Assembly (NCBI GenBank): GCA_002269645.1
Contig: NIVC01000723.1
Span: forward strand, 124,001 to 188,000
Direction: 5' to 3'
Length of the DNA stretch: 64,000 nucleotides
Origin: Macrostomum lignano
Lineage: Eukaryota
The notes under the pieces are model-generated. The model made no database searches, was not told the origin of the DNA, and saw only the letters and a list, made by a program, of their open reading frames with translations. The stretch's first letter is position 1. Each line of letters begins with the position of its first letter. A program made the position numbers and the translations under genes. Shown one piece after another: positions 49,369 through 61,885 of the stretch.

Positions 49369-50971
49369 GACAGAAAGCAGCTCGCAGCTAAAATATGCAG
49401 TGTGCAGCACTTTCTGCAACAGCATAGAAAATCTGTCTTCCCTCTGCTTGCGGGGCCGCAGCAACTCCCCCTCCCACTGATTGCAGATTTGGTGCCAAGA
49501 GCGGGAAGGGCGAGAGAATGCCAGAGGCAGTGATGGATATGCATCGAATTCCAATGGCCCGGTCGAGCCTCGGAAAGGCAAATTGGTAGAATCAGAGAGG
49601 CGGGAAAGTTTCCCACTGAAGGGGATTGCGTAGCCCCCGTGAGAGAATTCACCACTTAAATAATCCCACCGCCGGCCCCACAAAGAAAGAGAGTTGGTCG
49701 GATTCGCGAGAAAATCCCAACAAATGATGTTTTATGGTGCTGGGAAATGGTGCTATGTAAATTGAATAAGGCAAAGCTATTAGACTTTTCCCACAACTTC
49801 TATCAAATTCTTTTTGGTACTTTCTGTGCCAACAGCAACCGCCATATCAGTCACACCAGTAATAGATGTCACGGCTCAGTCACGGCTCAGTCACGGCTCA
49901 GTCACGGCTCAGTCACGGCTCAGTCACGGCTCAGTCACGGCTCAGTCACGGCTCAGTCACGGCTCAGTCATGGCTCAGTCACGGCTCAGTCACGGCTCAG
50001 TCATGGCTCAGTCACGGCTCAGGCACGGCTCAGTCACAACTGGCTCAGTCACGGCTCAGTCACGACTCAGTCACAACTGGCTCAGTCACGGCTCAGTCAC
50101 GGCTCAGTCACAACTGGCTCAGTCACGGCTCAGTCACGGCTCAGTCACGGCTCAGTCACGGCTCAGTCACGGCTCAGTCACGGCTCAGTCACGGCTCAGT
50201 CACGGCTCAGTCAGCAGTGTCACAGCACAGTCAGCAGTGTCACAGCACAGTCAGCAGTGTCACAGCACAGTCAGCAGTGTTACAGCACAGTCAGCAGTGT
50301 CACAGCACAGTCAGCAGTGTCACAGCACAGTCAGCAGTGTCACAGCACAGTCAGCAGTGTCACAGCAGTGTCACAGCACAGTCAGAAGTGTCACAGCACA
50401 GTCAGCAGTGTCACAGCACAGTCAGCAGTGTCACAGCAGTGTCAGCAGTGTCACAGCACAGTCAGCAGTGTCACAGCACAGTCAGCAGTGTCACAGCACA
50501 GTCAGCAGTCAGTGTCTAAGCACAGTCAGCAGTCAGTGTCTCAGCAGTGACTCCTCACCGCTCCTTATGCAGCTGCTTGGCGATGCCGCAGCAGTTCGCC
50601 GCTTCCCAGGCGTCGGTGGCGGCCTCCACCGTCCAGTCCAGTCCTGGTGTCAGCAGTGGCTCCTCGCTGGCGGCCGCAGCAGCTTCCGCCTCGGCCGCAG
50701 CCGCGGCAGCCGCCGCCTCTTTCGCTGCCGCCTCGCTCGCCAGCTCAGAGGAGTCCAGAGTCGACACTGCCCGTCTCGGCGGCAGCTTCGGCGGCTGCAG
50801 CCGGTTTGGGTTGTACTTGTAGGCCGCTGCGATCAAGTCGTTGTGGTTGCTGAGCGAGCGGCTCATTCGCATTGACGGTGGCTGCGGCTGCGGCTGTGGT
50901 GGCAGCGGCGGTGGCTGTGGTGGCACCGGCGCAAGTGGCAGCCGCTTCTGCTTGGCAGCAGTCAGTCCCAT
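47682..50971 (-). CDS. Pro/Ala-rich N-terminus plus long R/E/A/Q-rich coiled-coil protein, function unknown
   Basis: Exon 50971-50559 (ACC-ATG-G context, donor cg/GTGAGG, phase 2) is phase-compatible with a terminal exon 48573-47682 that is open for 297 codons (LAELKAQRRLCQEQRRREERLRRRQ...EAEARSEREVEQLRQRL). An extra exon near 49430-49620 is possible. Confidence 0.72.
49075..49376. repeat. (GACA)n microsatellite
   Basis: Direct reading of the sequence. Confidence 0.97.
49865..50548. repeat. Adjacent 11-bp (GTCACGGCTCA) and 20-bp (CACAGTCAGCAGTGTCACAG) arrays
   Basis: The unit switches at ~50212; the array abuts the donor at 50558. Confidence 0.93.
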
Positions 50972-51169
50972 GGTTACAAGAAGGTCGAATAAGCTTCAGT
51001 GTTGATGATAGAGTAATGCTAAATATATTTAGGCACCCCCAGATACTGTGGCGTCCAATCAGAGTTGCGTGTACTTATTCGCGTAGTTACATCGATGGGA
51101 AAAGCTTTGCAAGAGTAAGTGGTGTTATAGGAATGCTACCAAGGACAAAGGTACCTTTTAGTGGTTCTA

Positions 51170-51335
51170 GGGAGAAAGGTAGAGGGGAGAGGGGGACAGG
51201 GGGAGAGAGGAAGAGAGGGAGAGAGGGGAAGAGAGGGGGAGAGAGGGGGAGAGAGGGGGAGAGAGGGGGAGAGAGGGGGAGAGAGGGGGAGAGGGGGAGA
51301 GGGGGAGAGAGGGGGAGAGGGAGAGAGAGAAGAGA
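51170..51335. repeat. G/A-rich purine tract
   Basis: (GAGAGGGGGA)n. Confidence 0.88.
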
Positions 51336-51860
51336 GTTTCCATCCCGAGAGCAGTGGTCAACAAGTGTGGCTGCTTTAATTCAGCTCAAGCCACACTCTC
51401 CACTCTCACCTCACCCGCCTAAGCCAGGGCCTTCTGGCAAAAATTGCATCGCACACAGTTGAGACAAGAACAGGGGCGTTTCAGAGAAGAAACGCCATGT
51501 TTCTTGGTAGCTACACACTTTTTAACGTCCTTTGAAACACACAGGTATGAGCATATATGCCTCTGTAAGTAGTAACACTAGGTCTTCTATAATCAAGCCA
51601 ATTATCTTATATTTTAGTCAATTATATAGGCCAGAACTAATGCTGGAAGAGATGCAATTTTTTTGTATAAAAATAGAATAATCAATTGTTTTGTTAAGCT
51701 AAGCACTTGGGCGCTTCCAAAAATCATTTAGGGAAAGATTTACTTCGTCATTGAAGTATTTTAGAAAATATCTTTGCTTGAAATAAATTAAAGATTAAAG
51801 ACATTATCTCATTAGTGCAGAAGTCATTTGGACTTCTAAATCGATTGCCGAGGCGAATCG

Positions 51861-54800
51861 TCACTTCTGATTGACAGCTCGACGAGTCGGTCTGGGTAGC
51901 GGGGCAGGTGCGGTCACTTCGGAGACCCAGTCGGGGTGCACAACAAAGTTGCTGCGATAAGGCGGGCACGCGTTCTGCAAATTTGAGGTGGGTGGGCGGA
52001 GTGAGGTGGGTGCTCTATGGCGGAGTGAGGTGGGTGTTTCATGGCGGAGTGAGGTGGGTGTTTCATGGCGGAGTGAGGTGGGTGTTTCATGGCGGAGTGA
52101 GGTGGGTGTTTTATGGCAGAGTGAGGTGGGTGTTTTATGGCAGAGTGAGGTGGGTGTTTCATGGCGGAGTGAGGTGGGTGTTTTATGGCAGAGTGAGGTG
52201 GGTATTTTATGGCAGAGTGAGGTGGGTGTTTCATGGCAGAGTGAGGTGGGTGTTTCATGGCAGAGTGAGGTGGGTGTTTCATGGCAGAGTGAGGTGGGTG
52301 TTTCATGGCAGAGTGAGGTGGGTGTTTCATGGCAGAGTGAGGTGGGTGTTTTATGGCAGAGTGAGGTAGGTGTTTAATGGCAGAGTGAGGTGGGTATTTC
52401 ATGGCAGAGTGAGCTGGGTGTTTTATGGCGGAGTGAGGTGGGTGTTTCATGGCGGAGTGAGGTGGGTGTTTTATGGCAGAGTGAGGTGGGTGTTTTATGG
52501 CAGAGTGAGGTGGGTGTTTCATGGCGGAGTGAGGTGGGTGTTTTATGGCAGAGTGAGGTGGGTATTTTATGGCAGAGTGAGGTGGATGTTTCATGGTGGA
52601 GTGAGGTGGGTGTTTTATGGCAGAGTGAGGTGGGTATTTTATGGCAGAAGTTAGGTGCGTGTTTATTTCGGAGTACGGTGAATGCACACTTTTCAAGATC
52701 TAGAGAGTCAATGTTGACTTGCAGGAATTGCCATGATGACCTTACCGTGAACCCGGAGCCGAGATGCACATAGTCAGCTGACGTTCGCGCTGACTGCGCC
52801 CGCAACCTGACTGACGCGTAGTTGTTCCTCAAACCGTTGGACAGCATCGTTGACGCGGTTGCACTGCAACGACATAATTTTGCGACGTACGATTCTCCCG
52901 TAACTACCTTATTCTGATTCTAATCCCAAAACTCAAGGCCATTTCACTCACTCGGCACCTCCAGATCTTGGCAGTCGATGCGGAGTTGGTGGTCGAGTTC
53001 GCTTGCCAAAGGTGTGCCGATCCTCAGGCGGCGGCAGTGGCAAGCCTCTGACTTGTTGACGCAGCCCGCCACCTCGGTTGGAGGCTCCGACGGCGGCACC
53101 CTCGATGCCGAGGCCTTCGAGCCCGATTCCGCGGCTGCCACCTCCTCTGCTGGATCCGATGGCTTTTATCAGATTGTAGGCAACTTGCTTGTCTGCGAAG
53201 TGCAATATGGACGACCTCGTAGCAAGAGAAGATCTCATTACCGAGTCAATTTATTTGTTGGTATGAAGCAACTCACCGTGTTCATTAGAGTTTTGCATCC
53301 AGCTAAGAATGCCTTTTTCTGCATCATCGATGTTCTGGAAAAGTATAATATTGTGTTATCGATTCGAAAAGATCAATAAGATCGGCAGCCATCCCATTTT
53401 ATCGATCGACTAGCGACTCCCCACAGACTTGCAGCCACCCCAATTTATCGATCGACTAGCGACCCCCGCACAGACTTGCAGCCACCCCAATTTATCGATC
53501 GACTAGCGAACCCCGCACAGAGTTGCAGCCAACTCCCATTTTATCGATCGACTAGCGAACCCCGCACAGATTTGCAGCCACCCCATTTTATCGATCGACT
53601 AGCAAACCCCCCCCCCACAGACTTGCAGCCACTCCACTCGCCTCGTTAGCCAGCAGTCGCCCGCGGGCAGTGCGGGGCCGCCTGTACAAAGCTGCGTGCG
53701 GCAGCTCCTCGGGCATCGGCTTGCGCGGATTCTGCCGGTGCCGGAAGGCGCGCAGTTCTCGATCGCTGGCGCAAAACGGCGTGGCGCCCCGCCAGGTGAG
53801 CCAATTAGACGAGGCTGGTCGCTTGGCTGGCTCTGCGGCCGGAGGTTCGCCCTCCTTTGCTTCACCTGCCGTGCCGTCTTTCTTCAAATCCTCTTGTTTT
53901 GTTTCACGATTTTCCGGTACTTTTCCTGGTAGCACAGTAGGTTTTAAAGGGATAATTCAAGTAACTAATATTCATATGAGGACCGAGGGGCCCCCTGGCG
54001 CAACGCCTCCGGCGAGATCGCCCCACAGCCTGCACTGAGGTAATTCTGCCCATTCCGCTGACTCATGAGTACATTACAAGGGCGTCAATGCTGTACGCAG
54101 GCACAGCACTCATACACAAGCTCACACAGGGTGTACATCGGCCCTGGCTTTCTAATCGTCAGACATGTACACTCTGTGTGCTGCTCGTGCCCCCGAGCTG
54201 CTCATTCTCACCAATTTGCTCCATTGAATCTGGTTGGGCATCCGCGAATCCCATCAGAGTGTCCGGGAACTTCTTCTCGTTCAATTCTTGCTGCTGAGAC
54301 ACTGCGACGGTTTCAGCCTCAGGTGCAAACTTTGAGGACACCTGGGCGTATCTGGGTGTACCTGAATGGCGATATGTCAGCATGATTGATGTCTGAGTGA
54401 TTTCGCACTGTTCCCTGCTCACCACTGGTCACTCTGTGTCCCCTGCTCACCTGTGCGAAAACCGGGTCACTCTGTGTCCCCTGCTCACCTGTGCGAATAC
54501 CGGGTCACTCTGTGTCCCCTGCTCACCTGTGCGAATACCGGGTCACTCTGTGTCCCCTGCTCACCTGTGCGAATACCGGGTCACTCTGTGTCCCCTGCTC
54601 ACCTGTGCGAATACCGGGTCACTCTGTGTCCCCTGCTCACCTGTGCGAATACCGGGTCACTCTGTGTCCCCTGCTCACCTGTGCGAATACCGGGTCACTC
54701 TGTGTCCCCTGCTCACCTGTGCGAATACCGGGTCACTCTGTGTCCCCTGCTCACCTGTGCGAATACCGGGTCACTCTGTGTCCCCTGCTCACCTGTGCGA

Positions 54801-56353
54801 ATACCGGGTCACTCTGTGTCCCCTGCTCACCTATGCGAATACCGGGTCACTCTGTGTCCACTGCTCACCTGTGCGAATACCGGGTCACTCTGTGTCCCCT
54901 GCTCACCTGTGCGAATACCGGGTCACTCTGTGTCCCCTGCTCACCTGTGCGAATACCGGTGGCGCTGCCCACCAGGCAGAGCTCATCATCGTCCATGCCG
55001 CTTGTCCAGCCTCGAGCGGTCGCTGGACGCCGATTCACCTGGCTGCCACCGTCTGCCAGCGAGCCGGAGGTCTCCGGGCGGGTCTGCTGCTGCCGCTGCT
55101 GCAACATTGGCGCCAGCAGCCGAGGAGGCGGGGGCTGAGCCAGCCGGTTCTCCGTCATGTAGTCACGCAGAGCCGCCCGAATCATCCCAGTGAGACTGCC
55201 GCGCTCCTTGCGGCTCAGGTTGGGCGCGTAGCGGGCGAGGAAGTCCTGAGTTGGGGTGGGTGTCAAATTTCGTGAATTTGTCTAATTTGAAGAGGAGTTT
55301 GAAGAGGCGGTAGCGGAGGTGCACACACAGGGTGTACATTGGCCCTGACTTCTCATCTTCAGGCATGTGTTATGGAGTTTAGGTGTTATGAAGTTTAGGT
55401 GCTATGAAGTTTAGGTGTTATGAAGTTTAGGTATCATTAAGCTAAATGGCTGCCCACATGTACCTCGGCTCCCACGCTGCCAGGTGACCAACTCATCCTC
55501 TGTCAGGTCCTGACTGAAGAGACGGCTATCAGCAATGCTCTTTTACAAACTTCGAACAAATCACTAATGAGGTGAAGGCAGGCAGGTAGCTCGCAAACTT
55601 GACCGGCTGGCGCTGCTCCGAAAAGCATTGAGTATACACGGCTAAACTAAATTAAACGCTTGAGGCGCTCAACTATGCCGAGTTGAAGACTCAAGAATCG
55701 TAGAGAACTCGTCAACTCGTAGAGAAGGACGAATAAGAATATTTAAACAGAGAATGGAGACAAGCATTGCTTGGTGCAAAAGACAACAGATCAGTTGCTG
55801 TGCAGTCTGGCGTGATGAAGAGTGCGGTGGCTTATTGTCTGTCTGCCTGTCTGTCTCTGTCAGCGTACCGACCCTCTCCTTTGCATTCATCTCATCATTT
55901 TGTGAGAGACCCAGCTGATATGAAGGCAATTGTTTGACAAATTTAACCTTGTAATATTATATGCATTATATATTTCTATGTTTCTACTTGCAGTAGAGTA
56001 CTGAGGAACAAATTCAGACTTATCTGATCTAGTGTCAGTACTGTCGAATGGCTAAAGTGCATACACTTGCTCCGCTTGCTCAGGTCTTTTTGGCCAGAAT
56101 ATCCGCCCACAAAGTCAGATTAGGAAAGGGGAACTGCATCCTAATAAACGTTTTTCCTTAATTTTGATCCCACGAGGATCCTCGAACCAGGTCTACGGAG
56201 CACAAACGGTTTCTTTAGTAATAGAATTACCGCAGGTTGAGTTCGTCTGGGTGCCGGGCCTTTGGAAGCTAAATTGAGGCTGTCGAGCACTGCTGCACTG
56301 GGTGCTGGAGCGCAGGGGTCTGCGTGCTGCGTATTACAAGTGAGTGATTCCAT
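51861..56353 (-). CDS. Multi-exon protein of unknown function rich in R-P-x-T/S-A-R motifs (possibly cilium-associated)
   Basis: Phase-consistent exons: 55245-54957, 53925-53638, 53192-52952, 52863-52746, 51974-51861 (ends SNFVVHPDWVSE...K*). The 5' end is uncertain: ATG at 56353 (ACCATGG, donor at 56230) or at 55496. Confidence 0.68.
52000..52648. repeat. 24-bp minisatellite
   Basis: Unit cagagtgaggtgggtgtttcatgg. Confidence 0.95.
53388..53632. repeat. ~46-bp minisatellite (~5 copies)
   Basis: Unit cccaatttatcgatcgactagcgacccccgcacagacttgcagcca. Confidence 0.9.
54040..54180 (-). mobile_element. SINE family A, 3' half (further fragments at ~12841-12870 and ~55320-55370)
   Basis: ttctgcccattccgctgactc...tgtacgcaggcac...cacacagggtgtacatcggccctggctttctaatc matches copies 1-3. 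Confidence 0.6.
54427..54958. repeat. 38-bp minisatellite starting at a splice donor (~14 copies)
   Basis: Unit ccgggtcactctgtgtcccctgctcacctgtgcgaata. Confidence 0.95.
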
Positions 56354-56444
56354 GGTGACTGCTTCACTCTGCCTAACCTGCTATGAGGATCATGTTGTAG
56401 AGTAGCCAGAGACTCACTCGAACGAGTGAATCATAGTCCGAGTG

Positions 56445-57745
56445 ACTCTCAGACCGAGTGACTCTCAGACCGAGTGACCCTGAGACCGAGTGACTCTCAG
56501 ACCGAGTGACCCTGAGACCGAGTGACCCTGAGACCGAGTGACCCTGAGACCGAGTGAGTCTCAGACCGAATGATTCTCATACCGAGTGACTCTCAGACCG
56601 AGTGACTCTCATTCCGATTGACTCTCAGACCGAGTGACTCTCATTCCGATTGACTCTCAGACCGAGTGACTCTCAGACCGAGTGACTCTGAGACCGAGTG
56701 ACCCTGAGACCGAGTGACTCTCATTCCGATTGACTCTCAGACCGAGTGACTCTCATTCCGATTGACTCTCAGACCGAGTGACTCTCAGACCGAGTGACTC
56801 TCAGACCGAGTGACCCTGAGACCGAGTGACTCTCAGACCGAGTGACCCTGAGACCGAGTGACCCTGAGACCGAGTGACCCTGAGACCGAGTGAGTCTCAG
56901 ACCGAATGATTCTCATACCGAGTGACTCTCAGACCGAGTGACTCTCATTCCGATTGACTTTCAGACCGAGTGACTCTCATTCCGATTGACTCTCAGACCG
57001 AGTGACTCTCAGACCGAGTGACTCTGAGACCGAGTGACCCTGAGACCGAGTGACTCTCATTCCGATTGACTCTCAGACCGAGTGACTCTCATTCCGATTG
57101 ACTCTCAGACCGAGTGACTCTCAGACCGAGTGACTCTCAGACCGAGTGACTCTCAGACCGAGTGACTCTCAGACCGAGTGACTCTCAGACCGAGTGACTC
57201 TCAGACCGAGTGACTCTCAGACCGAGTGACTCTCAGACCGAGTGACTCTCAGACCGAGTGACCCTGAGACCGAGTGACCCTGAGACCGAGTGACTCTCAG
57301 ACCGAGTGACCCTGAGACCGAGTGACCCTGAGACCGAGTGACTCTCAGACCGAGTGACTCTCAGACCGAGTGACTCTCAGACCGAGTGACTCTCAGACCG
57401 AGTGACTCTCAGACCGAGTGACTCTCAGACCGAGTGACTCTCAGACCGAGTGACTCTCAGACCGAGTGACTCTCAGACCGAGTGACTCTCAGACCGAGTG
57501 ACTCTCAGACCGAGTGACTCTCAGACCGAGTGACTCTCAGACCGAGTGACTCTCAGACCGAGTGACTCTCAGACCGAGTGACTCTCAGACCGAGTGACTC
57601 TCAGACCGAGTGACTCTCAGACCGAGTGACTCTCAGACCGAGTGACTCTCAGACCGAGTGACTCTCAGACCGAGTGACTCTCAGACCGAGTGACTCTCAG
57701 ACCGAGTGACTCTCAGACCGAGTGACTCTCAGACCGAGTGACTCA
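56445..57745. repeat. 16-bp satellite (GAGTGACTCTCAGACC) with a 336-bp higher-order duplication
   Basis: The variant gaatgattctcatacc occurs at 56568 and 56904. Confidence 0.96.
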
Positions 57746-58607
57746 GAATGTCTCAGAAGAGTGCTTGAGAATTTCAGAAAGTCAAACTAATCTCTCCCAC
57801 ACCGAGTCAGTAGCTGAACTCTCGTGAAGCAGTTGAGCACTACGGCGGGCACAGAGGATGAAGCCGTTGCATTATAATCGTGAATTAAGTGGCGAACTGG
57901 AGCTGGAAAAATCATAAATTCAAGAGCAACTCGGTAGGAACTTATTTCAAACCGCGAGACGGCAGCAGTCACAAGCCAAGCAATCAATCAACTCTAAAGT
58001 CGTCGTGAACAAACTTCGGAGAGGGAAAGGTAGAGAGAAGGAGAGAAGAGGTGTTGGGAACAGGTGAACCAAAAGGGAATTGCTTTGCAGCATCCCAGCC
58101 TTCATCAACTTGAGCAGGCGGGCTTCACGGCCTGTTTGTTCATCAGCCATGGAAGCTGCATGCAGCTGAAGCCGAAGGGTGCCGCGTATCGCACGCACGA
58201 TAGCCAGACTTGATGAAGCCTCGTTGTTGCAGCTTCTTTCTGAGTCTCCTTTGTCCGTCCTGTCTATCTAGTCTGCCTAGCCTTCACAAAACTGCCATAT
58301 CTCTATTGTTGTAGTTGCTATCCAATGCTGGTCCACTCATCTTGAAGTAGTGCCCCTTTGTACGAGTATTATAGTAGCGACACTTAAATATGCATGGAGA
58401 TGTGCACAGCTGGGGAGATTGTGGATTAGATGATTAGATGATTAGATGGCAACCAAGTCAAAGTTTTACTTTGAAACTGTTAATTAAATTCAGATTTTCT
58501 ATTAAAAGCACAGTTTTGCGTCTTTTAAGGTTTCACAAACTCCTCAAGGGAACTCTGAAAATTATTAATTGCTTCACGCAAAGCATCGGGTTCACTAATT
58601 CCCCAAC

Positions 58608-59056
58608 ACATTCCTAACTCCCTACATTCCTAATTCTCCTACACATTCCTAATTCCACTACACATTCCTAGTTCCTTACATTCCTAATTCCCTACATTCC
58701 TAATTCCCCAACACATTCCTAATTCCCCTACACATTCCTAATTCCCTTACACATTCCTAATTCCCCTACTCATTCCTAATTCTCCTACACATTCCTAATT
58801 CCCTACACATTCCTAATTCCCTACACATTCCTAATTCCGCAACACATTCCTAATTCCCCTACATATTCCTAACTCCCTACATTCCTAATTCCCTACATTC
58901 CTAATTCCCTACACTTATAATTCCCTACATTCCTAATTCCCCTACACATTCCTAATTCCCCTACACATTCCTAATTCCCTACATTCCTAATTCCACTACA
59001 AATTCCTAATTCCCTACATTCCTAATTCCCTACATTCCTAATTCCCTACATTCGTA
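58608..59056. repeat. 17-20-bp degenerate repeat (CATTCCTAATTCCCTACA)
   Basis: Direct reading of the sequence. Confidence 0.9.
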
Positions 59057-59589
59057 ACTGTTTTTATCGCCCAATTCTTAAGTTTAAAATATTTAGCAAA
59101 ATGTCACAATTTTCTAGATGCAATGAAGAATTTTGAAATTAAAGTACAGCATGTCATCACATAGCACCAATGCATGCGATTATGAAAAAGCAGAGTTTCT
59201 TAGAAAAAGTTTCCCAGAAGCAGTTAGACTCCATTGAGTCGAGTAGTTCGATATTCGCTAGTTGTCTAGGCTCACGCAAGACTGTTCCACTATCAGCTGT
59301 TCAAGTCGGCAGTTCGAATCCCTGACTTAGTAATGGGAAAGCTGCTAGAACCACTGCTTTGACTCGTTAGGGACTGGGCAGGCACTTGGGATAACAAACT
59401 TCTAGGCTAAGCGAGAAAGTCCCCCACTAGGACATGCAGCCTTGGTTCCAGCGCAACTTGTAAATCCGACACTTGCAGCGCGACCGGAGATCAATCAGGG
59501 CGATTGGGCTGGCTGCGAAATATGGGAAGAGGATTTTTGGGAGCAGTTTTGGGCTGCAAGAAAGTAAGGGGGTGCTGACTAAGGATGCA

Positions 59590-60230
59590 GTGGAGTGGGG
59601 AAAACGGAGTGGGGATAACGGAGTGGGGAAAACGGAGTGGGGAAAACGGAGTGGGGAAAACGGAGTGGGGAAAACGGAGTGGGGAAAACGGAGTGGGGAA
59701 AACGGAGTGGGGATTATGGAGTGGGGAAAACGGAGTGGGGAAAACGGAGTGGGGAAAACGGAGTGGGGATTATGGAGTGGGGAAAACGGAGTGGGGATTA
59801 TGGAGTGGGGATAACGGAATGGGGATAACGGAGTGGGGATAACGGAGTGGGGATAACGGAGTGGGGAAAACGGAGTGGGGATAACGGAGTGGGGAAAACG
59901 GAGTGGGGATAACGGAGTGGGGATAACGGAGTGGGGAAAACGGAGTGGGGATAACGGAGTGGGGATAACGGAGTGGGGAAAACGGAGTGGGGATAACGGA
60001 GTGGGGATAACGGAATGGGGATAACGGAGCGGGGATAACGGAATGGGCTTTATGGAATGGGGATAATGGATCGGGGATTTGGAGTGGGGATAACGGAGTG
60101 TGGATAACGAAGTGGGATAACGGAGTGTGGATAACGAAGCGGGATAACGGAGTGGGGATAACGAAGTGGGATTATGGAGTGAGGATAACGAAGTGGGAAT
60201 AACGGAGTGGGGACAAACAGAGTGGGAATA
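59590..60230. repeat. 14-bp minisatellite (GGAGTGGGGAWAAC)
   Basis: Direct reading of the sequence. Confidence 0.93.
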
Positions 60231-60540
60231 AAAAATATTTATTCGACATTTCGGCAAAAATAAAAGTGCAAATCCATTCAAAAGTTCAACTCTCTCGCGT
60301 CAACAAACGAATATAGACGAGTCCTCGGCCCCGTGCAAGGACTGGGAGTTCTAAAGAAGCAAGTTTATTACTGAATGTGGGAATCACATCTGGTTGCTGA
60401 TTTCCCATGAATTCAGCTCCCACCCCAGTTTATTGGCCGAGTGCCTGTCTGTCCAATGGGATTTGACCTACTGCTGCAGACAAGAAGGCGATGCAGGGGC
60501 CCTCAGTCACTGCGGACAACCGGCAACTTCCCGACGAGAG

Positions 60541-60882
60541 ATGTGGAACTCGAGCCGGGGACCTCCTGGCCCCAGCCAGGATGCATTCGACCTGTTCAAA
60601 GCGTACTTCATGTCCTGGTTCCTGCCGCTGCTGCTGGCTGTGGGATTCTGGGGGACTTCCGTGAACCTGCTGATCATCATCAGGTACCCGGTGTTCCAGA
60701 AGACCACCTCCATCCTGTTCTCTGCCCTGGCGGTGGCCGACCTGATCAACCTGGTGTTTGCGGCCACGTACCTGTACCTGTCCGTGTATTGGGATTTTGA
60801 TCCCATGAGGTACTCAGCTGCCGGGTGTCACCTGGTGCCCTACCTGGAAGCAATTGGTTACTGGCTGTCTCCATGGATACAG
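60541..60882 (+). CDS. First coding exon of a rhodopsin-class peptide GPCR (TM1-TM3); later exons not identified in the window
   Basis: MWNSS (sequon)...FLPLLLAVGFWGTSVNLLIII...LFSALAVADLINL...GCHLVPYLEAIGYWLSPWIQ, ending at a phase-0 donor cag/GTAGCA. Confidence 0.85.
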
Positions 60883-61284
60883 GTAGCATTCGCTGATTGT
60901 TTTTTTTAATTGAATCTATTTTTGAGAATAAAACTCAGGAGTGCGGGTGAGAATTTATAAATTAATTAAATTTGGCATTCAATTTGGCGCCGAAAAAAAT
61001 CAAGCTAGGCATTAAAACTAAAATTTCAGTAAAAAATTAAAGAACTATAATTGATTAAATTTTAATAAAATTATAAAACCATGGCTGATAAATGACACAG
61101 GAGTTCAAATTATATTAAAACATATTTTTGCATAGTTAGTAGCATTGCTAAGTTAGTATGAAGATGGGTGGGATGAATTGATTCGATTTCCAATGCAAAA
61201 CTGAAATTCAAGTTCAATCAACTACCATCTGCTTTGTGGCTCTTTTACAGTCATTGTTTACAGACTTTTGTTTACATTCTTTTA

Positions 61285-61473
61285 ACTCTCACTCTCACTC
61301 ACACTCTCATTCTCACTCTCCCTCTCACTCTCACTCTCACTCTTTCACTCTCCCTCTCACTCTCCCTCTCACTCTCCCTCTCACCCTCACTCTCACTCTC
61401 ACTCTTACTCTCACTCTTACTCTCACTCTCACTCTCACTCTCACTCTCCCTCTCACTCTCCCTCTCACTCTCC

Positions 61474-61513
<40 letters not shown>

Positions 61514-61514
61514 T

Positions 61515-61551
<37 letters not shown>

Positions 61552-61660
61552 TACTCTCACTCTTACTCTCACTCTCACTCTCACTCTCACTCTCCCTCTC
61601 ACTCTCCCTCTCACTCTCCCTCTCACTCTCCCTCTCCCTCTCACTCTCACTCTCACTCTT

Positions 61661-61697
<37 letters not shown>

Positions 61698-61824
61698 TTC
61701 ACTCTCACTCTCACTTTCACTCTCTCTCTTTCACTCTTTCACTCTCACTCTTACTCTCACTCTTACTCCCACTCTCACTCTCACTCTCACTCTCCCTCTC
61801 ACTCTCCCTCTCACTCTCACTCTT

Positions 61825-61856
<32 letters not shown>

Positions 61857-61885
61857 CCTCTCACTCTTTCACTCTCACTCTTCAT
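61285..61885. repeat. (CTCTCA)n microsatellite in the GPCR intron
   Basis: Direct reading; it produces the spurious HSHS/LSLS/LTLT ORFs. Confidence 0.97.

Noticed and set aside
57787-58260. GC-richer patch with short ORFs
   Set aside because: No motif and no consistent exon chain; left unassigned.
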